Part shown: one piece after another, positions 56,103 through 63,438 of the stretch
Numbering within the stretch: position 1 is the stretch's first letter
How the letters are laid out: every line of letters begins with the position of its first letter
DNA from: an uncultured Lachnospiraceae bacterium
Lineage (GTDB): Bacteria; Bacillota; Clostridia; Lachnospirales; Lachnospiraceae
Assembly (NCBI GenBank): GCA_946558465.1
Contig: CAMNTM010000010.1
Span: forward strand, 1,574 to 65,573
Length of the DNA stretch: 64,000 bases
Direction of reading: 5' to 3'
The notes under the pieces: model-generated
Database searches by the model: none
Seen by the model: the letters and a program-made list of their open reading frames with translations, nothing else
What the model was told of the DNA's origin: nothing
Made by a program: the position numbers and the translations under genes

Positions 56103-58457
56103 CTATTCTTTTTCCTTCTCTTTTGCCAAATATTGTTCTTTTCTTTCTTCCAAGTACTTAAAAGTAGTTTCCGGAACTAATTTATATATCACACTAAAAT
56201 CTCCTGTTTTTAAAGCCTTACGTACTCTGGAAGCACTAATCACATCACCGCCTGCCTCTTTTCTTGGGATCTCGCTCACCCTTATTCCGTAACGCGGCAA
56301 GATATCTTTCATACTTTCATTATAGCTGCGTGTAACCATGTCAATTGGCTCCTCACCGACAAATCTTCTTGTAATACGAAGAGGAGCCGCGATATATTTT
56401 GCAAAAATATCCACATCCAATGCAGTATCTACCCCTATAGAATCAGGAGAATCCTTAAGGAAATATCCTGGAAATGTCACAGAACTAATAATCAGCTTCC
56501 CACTAGGAATTACAATCACATTTCCAAATTCAGCAGTTCCGGCCCTCACCAGCTGGATACGGTCCTGGAACGGAAAAAACGATTTATCCTCCTCTACGAC
56601 AAAAATATACAGATGATCTACCTGGCCTGCCGCTCTTTCTATGAGATACTTATGTCCTAAAGTAAACGGATTGCAGTTCATAACAATTGCACCGATCACT
56701 CCTTCTTTCCATGAATCCGGAGTCATCTCCTTCACCATGCTGAGATACTCCCGTGCCTGTTCCCTATACATACACTCTTGTTGAACATTTACTGCCTGCT
56801 CCTCTAAATAGAACTCACTGCCCTCCGTATCTGACGTTCTTTTCAAATCAGGCTCCAGTAAAGAAAACAACTTATGCGCAGCCAGTTGATATCCTCTATA
56901 GTTACAATGGACAACACTATTAAAATACACACTCTCATTTATTACCGGATTATTTAACGCAGTGCTGATATCCCATTTTTTGTAATCAGTTCCTATCGGC
57001 ATATACCCTGCATAACTGATCACAACTATATCTCCACTTCTAAATTTTAGATCATAAAGCTGCTTATAAGTCTGATCAATATTTCCCCCCCAGGTTCCCA
57101 TATTCACAACCTTCCAGTTACACTCTGGAATTCTGCTGTTAATCTCTTTTTGAAGAAAACTTGAAATCGTCTGCGAATCCTCAACTGCATATCCAAAAAA
57201 CACACAGCCTCCAAGCATATATATGGTATTTCTGCTATTCTCCGGCTGGTCTACAGTATATCTTTCCCCATTTGTAACATTAATGCAAGCACTTTTTTTA
57301 TTCTCGTGCCGGATTTTCCCTGAGCTTAACTCTATCTTATTTGGAACTGCAAAAATCTGTTCTAAATACTCTTTCGTACACTTTTCTTCATAGATCCCTT
57401 TCAAAAATTCCTTATAGGGTTCCGGATTCTCTTTTATGTTATATAGATTATAATTTTCCCTTTCTTCCAATTCCACAGAGGTCACTTCATGCTTTGGGAA
57501 GAGCGGAACATTCATAGCCCAGTTCCAATTTACAAGATGTAATTCTACTCCCTTCTCTTTTAAAATAGTGTGAAAATAATTACATAGATTTTCCATAATC
57601 CACGTACGGAACAAAACAATAAACCTGCGAACAACAATTCTGTGATTCTGCTTGTTCCTCTGATAAAATTGTTCTGTCCCCAATAGATTCCCATTTTGTA
57701 TAAGCATTACCTTTTCTACATCTGTACAGGAAAGCTTTGCATCAGCGGCATAAATCACTTTTTTTCCTTTATATTTCCTGACAACCTGATCTGCTAAAGG
57801 TGTTCTCTCGGAAAAAAGGATATTCCAGCCTGTATCCAGAAAAATATCACAAAATCTAAAAACAAACGCTTTAAAGCTCTCCGCGTCTTCCACAGCTTCT
57901 TTTATTTCCTCTGGAAAGGCTGCCAGTACTTCTAATTCATATAAAAACTGGCGTATTCCCAATTTATGGAAACCGTTCCTTTCTTCCTCCCACTCCCGTG
58001 TGTCAATATATTCCGTAATATGAAGTGCATTCTCCCCTTCTTCACACTCTGTTTGATCCAATAGATTCAGTTTCCGGATACATTCATTCTCCCCTTCATA
58101 TACAATAGAAGAATATCCGAATAATTTCTTGTATGCCTTAATACTTGCTTCTGTAACCATAGACAGCTGCTTAAACATCCTGCAGTATTCAGTGAGAAGA
58201 ACAATACATTTCAATCCTGCTGTCTTTTCTTCCAGTTCCAATACACGCTCATTTTTATCAATACATAGCAAAATTCCCTTTCCGCCTGACTTACATTTCC
58301 CAATGTCTGTAAAAACAAAATCTCTGGCTTCCTCAAAAATAGACACAAGCGTTTCATCAAGCACCAGCATATACTTATATCCCTGGCTCTGGAACAGCCG
58401 AATCATCTGTTCTTTATTCTTCTCTGTTAATCTGCATATTTCCTTTATATCTGTCAT
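56103..58457 (-). CDS. 784-aa multidomain protein: unknown N-terminal region, SGNH-like domain with Cys at the nucleophile position, and a CitC-type ligase domain
   Basis: GGAGG RBS. The stop lies 2 nt from the wecE-like start. See the domain features and findings for motifs. Confidence 0.8.
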   Translation of the reverse strand: MTDIKEICRLTEKNKEQMIRLFQSQGYKYMLVLDETLVSIFEEARDFVFTDIGKCKSGGKGILLCIDKNERVLELEEKTAGLKCIVLLTEYCRMFKQLSMVTEASIKAYKKLFGYSSIVYEGENECIRKLNLLDQTECEEGENALHITEYIDTREWEEERNGFHKLGIRQFLYELEVLAAFPEEIKEAVEDAESFKAFVFRFCDIFLDTGWNILFSERTPLADQVVRKYKGKKVIYAADAKLSCTDVEKVMLIQNGNLLGTEQFYQRNKQNHRIVVRRFIVLFRTWIMENLCNYFHTILKEKGVELHLVNWNWAMNVPLFPKHEVTSVELEERENYNLYNIKENPEPYKEFLKGIYEEKCTKEYLEQIFAVPNKIELSSGKIRHENKKSACINVTNGERYTVDQPENSRNTIYMLGGCVFFGYAVEDSQTISSFLQKEINSRIPECNWKVVNMGTWGGNIDQTYKQLYDLKFRSGDIVVISYAGYMPIGTDYKKWDISTALNNPVINESVYFNSVVHCNYRGYQLAAHKLFSLLEPDLKRTSDTEGSEFYLEEQAVNVQQECMYREQAREYLSMVKEMTPDSWKEGVIGAIVMNCNPFTLGHKYLIERAAGQVDHLYIFVVEEDKSFFPFQDRIQLVRAGTAEFGNVIVIPSGKLIISSVTFPGYFLKDSPDSIGVDTALDVDIFAKYIAAPLRITRRFVGEEPIDMVTRSYNESMKDILPRYGIRVSEIPRKEAGGDVISASRVRKALKTGDFSVIYKLVPETTFKYLEERKEQYLAKEKEKE
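56148..56705 (-). other. [citrate (pro-3S)-lyase] ligase (CitC)-like adenylating domain (residues about 585-770)
   Basis: IVMNCNPFTLGHKYLIE (the HxGH nucleotidyltransferase motif in the CitC context), SSVTFPGYFLK, RRFVGEEP and VISASRVRKAL. Confidence 0.75.
56853..57236 (-). other. SGNH/GDSL-like domain (residues about 408-535) with divergent catalytic residues
   Basis: The blocks appear in canonical order and spacing. Block I is TIYMLGGCVFFG (GDS replaced by GGC, Cys418). Block II is VVNMGTWGGN. Block III is DIVVISYAGY. Block V is NSVVHCNYRGYQLAA (His516 retained). Recognised by eye only. Confidence 0.5.
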
Positions 58458-58470
58458 CCAAACCTCCTGC

Positions 58471-59409
58471 TTAATCTTCTATATCCTCATTCAGTGATTC
58501 ACGAATCACAAATTGAGGTGATTCATTGATGCACATATATATCCTGCCGATATATTCTCCTATCATTCCCAGTACTAAAAGAATAATACCTCCCAGAATC
58601 AGCATAATGCTCACTGTAGAGCTCCACCCAATCGCAACCGTTGGATGAACAATTTTATTTATAATTGTAAGCAATGCACACAAAAGTCCCACAAACGATG
58701 AAAACACACCAAAAAAGCTGGCAATCCGTAAAGGTTTGATTGAAAATGCAGTAAATCCATTCAGCCAAACTCCTAAAAGCTTTTTAAATGAATAACCGGA
58801 CTGTCCTAACATCCTTTTCCTGTGCTTCACCGGTAAATATCCAATATTTCTCGTTGTCCGATAAACTAGACCTGAAATATACGGATAAGCATGATGATAA
58901 CGAATCATCTCATCAATCACAAATCTTCTCGCCAAAGAAAAGCTGACAACACGCTCTGTGGCAGGTCTGTCAAACATTACCTTTGCCATCCAGCTGTTTA
59001 CCTTTGACCCCAGACGCCGGAATATATTAAACTTTGCCTCTTCACAGGTTCCATAAACCACATCAAAATCCTGCTCTTTCAAAAGCCCCAAAGCAGTCTT
59101 CGTACTGTCAAGAGGACTCTGGCCGTCATCATCTATTGTAATCACATAGTCTCCTGTAACCTTAGAATATCCCGCCATTACAGCTGATGCCTGACCAAAA
59201 TTCTTTGCCAGGCACACACCTTTTATCCGTTTATCTTTACACAGCTCTTTAATTGTATTCCATACATGATCCGGAGAATAATCGTTCACCAATATAATCT
59301 CGTAATCATAATCTTGTAATGACTGCATAATACCCTGAATCTCTGCTACTACTCTTCCAATCGTATTCTCCGACCTATAACACGGAATTACATATGATAT
59401 CTTCTCCAT
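58471..59409 (-). CDS. GtrB/ArnC/CsbB-type polyprenyl-phosphate glycosyltransferase (GT2 with C-terminal TM pair)
   Basis: ISYVIPCYRSE, ILVNDYSPD and ITIDDDGQ (the DxD region). Two C-terminal helices are present (FFGVFSSFVGLLCALLTII and VSIMLILGGIILLVLGMIGEYIGRIY). ATG 59409 follows GGGGAAGAG. Confidence 0.88.
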   Translation of the reverse strand: MEKISYVIPCYRSENTIGRVVAEIQGIMQSLQDYDYEIILVNDYSPDHVWNTIKELCKDKRIKGVCLAKNFGQASAVMAGYSKVTGDYVITIDDDGQSPLDSTKTALGLLKEQDFDVVYGTCEEAKFNIFRRLGSKVNSWMAKVMFDRPATERVVSFSLARRFVIDEMIRYHHAYPYISGLVYRTTRNIGYLPVKHRKRMLGQSGYSFKKLLGVWLNGFTAFSIKPLRIASFFGVFSSFVGLLCALLTIINKIVHPTVAIGWSSTVSIMLILGGIILLVLGMIGEYIGRIYMCINESPQFVIRESLNEDIED

Positions 59410-59410
59410 T

Positions 59411-60160
59411 TTATACACTCTTCCCCAAATCGTCTACTACATCTCTCATCTGATAAAATCCTGTTTTTCCCTTAATAAATTTTGCAGCAAGAAGAGCGCC
59501 TTTTGCAAAAGCCTTTCTTGAAAAGGACTCATGCTCAATGGTAATTCTTTCCTCCTCACTGGCCGCTGTCACCTCATGGACTCCTACATACCCTCCTGCT
59601 CTAACTGAAGATATGGGCGTCTCCCCTCTGTCAATCGCTTTTGAAATCAACTTAGCCGTAGTCGTTACTCTCGGTTTATCTTTACGGTGACGCTCCACAA
59701 TTTCAAAATCAAATTCCGGCAAGATTCTCGATAACTTAGCTACAAATTCCATCAGCAAGTTAATTCCTAATGTCAGATTTGGCGCATACACCAGTCCAAA
59801 TTCTCCTGACCTTCCCAGTTCTTCCAAAAAATCTTGTTCATATCTTGTAAAATTAGTAGTGCAAATCACAAGATTCTTTTTCGACTTATTACAGATTTCT
59901 GCCAGCTTTAAAGACGTTTCCTTTCCTGAAAAATCAATAACCACATCTACTTCTTTTTCCCTCAAAGCCTGTCCGCTTTCTGAAAGTCTGTATAAATATG
60001 TTTCCGTCGGCGCCATTCCAATCAGCTCTCCGATATCCTTTCCAGCTGTCAGACTTGTATCTCTGCAGATTCCCATAACCAGCTGATTTTCCGAATCCAA
60101 AATGATTTTTCTGGCTAATTCCTTTCCTGCACGTCCCATACCACATACTGCAATATTCAT
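59411..60160 (-). CDS. divergent DapB (4-hydroxy-tetrahydrodipicolinate reductase) family oxidoreductase
   Basis: Rossmann N-terminus MNIAVCGMGRAGKEL. VVIDFS, LVICTTNF and VYAPNLTLGINLL parallel DapB. The substrate-loop signature is only partly kept (ERHRKDKPRVTTTA). Confidence 0.8.
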   Translation of the reverse strand: MNIAVCGMGRAGKELARKIILDSENQLVMGICRDTSLTAGKDIGELIGMAPTETYLYRLSESGQALREKEVDVVIDFSGKETSLKLAEICNKSKKNLVICTTNFTRYEQDFLEELGRSGEFGLVYAPNLTLGINLLMEFVAKLSRILPEFDFEIVERHRKDKPRVTTTAKLISKAIDRGETPISSVRAGGYVGVHEVTAASEEERITIEHESFSRKAFAKGALLAAKFIKGKTGFYQMRDVVDDLGKSV

Positions 60161-60164
60161 ATTA

Positions 60165-60914
60165 TTATCTCCTTCTACTTGTATAAATCTCAGGATTCCA
60201 AGAATTGTACATCATATCTGTTAAAGATACAATATCAAATACCGGCAGCTTCGATACTTCCTGTATATCCCTGGAAAATGGCGGCATATTCGTACATTCC
60301 AGAACAACTGCCCCAATGGAGTCATCAGATTCCAACATTTCGCTTGTTGCCTGTCTAAGCTCTCTTCTACATGCTTCTACTTCTACTTCTGTCCAATTCT
60401 GCACTGTAAAATGTGTAAAATTAGGCTTATCTTCAAGTCCTTTAATCACACAATCCGCTTTGTTCACCCCTGCTGCCCTCAAATGACCGTCACTTAAGGT
60501 TCCTTTACTAGCTGTTAGAACACCTACCTTTTTTGTACCGATCATCCGTTTTACCATAGGCACCATCAAAAGCGCTGACGTGAAAACAGGAATACGAACT
60601 GCCTCCGACAATTCCTTCTGGAACAACGCTAAAAAACCACAGGAAGTTGTAATGGCTTTCACTCCTTCACTCTCAAGCTCCTTCGCTGCATCAATAAAAG
60701 GACAGATATCTTCGGCGGTCAATTCCATCACCACCTTCTTGGGCGTCCCTCCCACAACCTTCTTATACAATACCGGATACTTCCATGTCCTTGCATTTCC
60801 CACATCTCCTTCAATCCGGGGAAATATAGAATCCAATATCAGAATACCGATGTCAAAGCCATAGGTGTTAAATCCCCCGTATGCTATTGTCCCCTGTATC
60901 TGTCGGTTATCCAT
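60165..60914 (-). CDS. Asp/Glu/hydantoin racemase-superfamily protein (two-Cys type)
   Basis: About 250 aa with candidate catalytic Cys motifs ITTSCGF and VLECTNMPPF, about 118 aa apart. ATG 60914 overlaps the ATP-grasp stop (TAATG). Confidence 0.7.
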   Translation of the reverse strand: MDNRQIQGTIAYGGFNTYGFDIGILILDSIFPRIEGDVGNARTWKYPVLYKKVVGGTPKKVVMELTAEDICPFIDAAKELESEGVKAITTSCGFLALFQKELSEAVRIPVFTSALLMVPMVKRMIGTKKVGVLTASKGTLSDGHLRAAGVNKADCVIKGLEDKPNFTHFTVQNWTEVEVEACRRELRQATSEMLESDDSIGAVVLECTNMPPFSRDIQEVSKLPVFDIVSLTDMMYNSWNPEIYTSRRR

Positions 60915-62152
60915 TACCAATTGATCCTCCTCACTCCGTCCGTTCCTTTCGTTTCTATTTGTAAAGTCTGCTCCACAAGCTTCAAGCTTTCAAAACATTC
61001 CTTACGGGAATCCCCATATACTAAAATCGGACCATGTTTTCGTGTATCGTCTGTCAGTTCATATACCTCCTGCCCTTCTTTAAGTCCGTCTAAACAAATT
61101 TTATACACTCCCGGTATTTTTTTCACTTCCTCTACACCTGCTATCTTTGTGATAACACCTGGAACTAATTCGAAGCAGCGCCATGCAGACACTTTCTTTT
61201 TCAGCTTAATTCTGTTTAGATGATACTTGGTCCCGTTAAGTACATGCTCAATTAACATCTCGTTTGTGTTAATTCCTGATGCCAAAGGAGTCAGATCAGA
61301 CGACAAATATACGCCGCCTCCTCTTGCTGCTATCTCCACAAGGTACACTCTGTCGTCGTTTTCACAGTAAATGTATTCTCCGTGAGTAATTCCAAATTCC
61401 AGTCCCAAGCCTTCTACCAGCTTCTTGTTAGTTTCCAGAACCTTTTTTTCTTTCTCATCTTTGATTAAATCTGGAGAAGAAAACATACACATTTTAGAAA
61501 TATACATATTAGGTTTATCAAAATACTCCTTGATACCCAAATCCGTATTGATATATTCATAATCAAGAGCCAAACCGTCTACAATGTATTCCTTTCCCTG
61601 TATAAATTCTTCAATAATAGCCTTTTTATTTCCTGAACATTCTATTGCATCTCTTACTGCAATCTCCAGCTCTTTCAGAGCATTTACTTTATGGACACCT
61701 CTGCTTCCACTGCTGTTTGTTGGCTTTACCATAACTGGATACCTCATGTTTGAGACCAAACAAACAGCTTCCTGATAATTCTCCGCCTGTCCGAACTTAG
61801 GAACAGATATCCCCGCCTTCTCTGCCTCTGTACGCATGAGATACTTGTCCGAAAATTTCATAGCTGTATGGTACCCAATTCCTTTTAATCCCAGCTTTTC
61901 CGAAACATAGGCCACCGTCGGAACAGAAACATCCGTCTGATCTGTCAATACGGCATCTACCTGCTCTTTTTCTGCAATTTTCAAAATGCCTTCTTTGTCA
62001 CGAATATCACAATAATAACATCTATCAGCCACTCGAAAACCTGGATAATCTCCTTTGATGCTGACAGCTATTACCTCAGCACCTTTTTCTTTACAAATAC
62101 CCATAAATGGAATCTGTCCATTGTTAGCGCCCAATATCATTACTTTCTTCAT
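60914..62152 (-). CDS. ATP-grasp carboxylate-amine ligase (L-amino-acid-ligase-like)
   Basis: A pre-ATP-grasp Rossmann region MKKVMILGANNGQ. Also DKYLMRTEAEKAGISVPKF, YPVMVKPTNSSGSRGV, IIEEFIQGKEY and YLVEIAARGGG. Confidence 0.85.
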   Translation of the reverse strand: MKKVMILGANNGQIPFMGICKEKGAEVIAVSIKGDYPGFRVADRCYYCDIRDKEGILKIAEKEQVDAVLTDQTDVSVPTVAYVSEKLGLKGIGYHTAMKFSDKYLMRTEAEKAGISVPKFGQAENYQEAVCLVSNMRYPVMVKPTNSSGSRGVHKVNALKELEIAVRDAIECSGNKKAIIEEFIQGKEYIVDGLALDYEYINTDLGIKEYFDKPNMYISKMCMFSSPDLIKDEKEKKVLETNKKLVEGLGLEFGITHGEYIYCENDDRVYLVEIAARGGGVYLSSDLTPLASGINTNEMLIEHVLNGTKYHLNRIKLKKKVSAWRCFELVPGVITKIAGVEEVKKIPGVYKICLDGLKEGQEVYELTDDTRKHGPILVYGDSRKECFESLKLVEQTLQIETKGTDGVRRINW

Positions 62153-62211
62153 GAATTATTTCCCTTCTGAAACATTTTTACTGTATATTTGAACTTCCTG
62201 CATTTATCATG

Positions 62212-63438
62212 CTAAAGCCAATCTGGGCCATTGAGCAAATGAATATAGTAATAAACCCCAGATATAAAATGGGCGGCCAGCAATATATCTCCAATTTTAA
62301 ATATCCGCTCTAGCCTCCCCCCTGAAATTTTTGAACTGGATTTTTTCTTTTGGAAATATTTTATAACAGCAATCACCCATAAAAAATAAACGGACAGTTG
62401 CTTCGCCCATGAAAAATTACCGGCACTATTATCCAAAGCTTCTGCCATACACGCAGACTCACAGAATGATACTACCGAAAATAAAATAATCATCTGTAAA
62501 TACTTATCTGTAAATATCTCTTTACGTGCAATAGTCAAAATACAAAATACTGGAAACGCATAGAGTAAAACAGAAGAAACTACTATATTAGGAGCACTGT
62601 TTCCTACAAAACCAAAGAAGGTAAATCTAATCCCGCCTCTGCTATATTCGCTTCCATCACCATAGTAAAACAAAACCTGGTATAAAAGATACAGGCAGCT
62701 TGGTAAAAAGGCCAAACCCGACTGCATGCAAAAAGGAAAAATTTTCCCTCTCGAATTTATCAGCTCAATCAATAAAAATACGCCTACTGCTGGAAGAAAT
62801 CCCTGTAGAAATGACGGCTTAGCCAATACCGTATAAAATAAAAGCAAAGAAAGTATTCCTATTTTCTTCCATGAAAACAACTTTACTTTGCCTTCATCTC
62901 TTAAAATTTCCTTGTATTCATAATAATATTTTACATATAAAAAAATTGCTAACAATGCTCCCGCCTTTACTACTGCCTGAGTAGGACTGTGCCAAATATT
63001 GGGAGAACTCACCCCTCTGTAAACCTCTTTGCTATACCATGGATAATAAATCGCTGTTACATATGTCAAAACAAAAGTAAGCGCACAAATCTCATATTCA
63101 CTACATACTCCTTTTAGAAAACACGTCAATATCATATAAGTAACAATAACTGTCAATACTACAAAAACAGTAACTACAAAAACGCCAGAATCATATATAG
63201 AAATATGAAAAATTCTGCTAAAAAACGCTGTCAATATATGATATACCGGATAAGTAAACCTTCTAAGAAAAGGAAATGGATTTGTAAACTCCAACAACGC
63301 TGCATTATCTGAATGTTTAATTAAATCTGAGCCTCCACCCCTTTCCATAATAGAATTCGTCAATATGAAGGTTCCGTAAAATATAACAACACACACAAAG
63401 CCTATCGGCCATATCCAATTTTTCTTTTGTCCTCTCAT
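62212..63438 (-). CDS. polytopic membrane protein (at least 10 helices); candidate GT-C-type transferase or polymerase
   Basis: 408 aa and almost entirely hydrophobic helices, with a first loop ERGGGSDLIKHSDNAALLEFTNPFPFLRR. I recognise no motif with confidence. The start overlaps the upstream stop (TAATG). Confidence 0.7.
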   Translation of the reverse strand: MRGQKKNWIWPIGFVCVVIFYGTFILTNSIMERGGGSDLIKHSDNAALLEFTNPFPFLRRFTYPVYHILTAFFSRIFHISIYDSGVFVVTVFVVLTVIVTYMILTCFLKGVCSEYEICALTFVLTYVTAIYYPWYSKEVYRGVSSPNIWHSPTQAVVKAGALLAIFLYVKYYYEYKEILRDEGKVKLFSWKKIGILSLLLFYTVLAKPSFLQGFLPAVGVFLLIELINSRGKIFPFCMQSGLAFLPSCLYLLYQVLFYYGDGSEYSRGGIRFTFFGFVGNSAPNIVVSSVLLYAFPVFCILTIARKEIFTDKYLQMIILFSVVSFCESACMAEALDNSAGNFSWAKQLSVYFLWVIAVIKYFQKKKSSSKISGGRLERIFKIGDILLAAHFISGVYYYIHLLNGPDWL

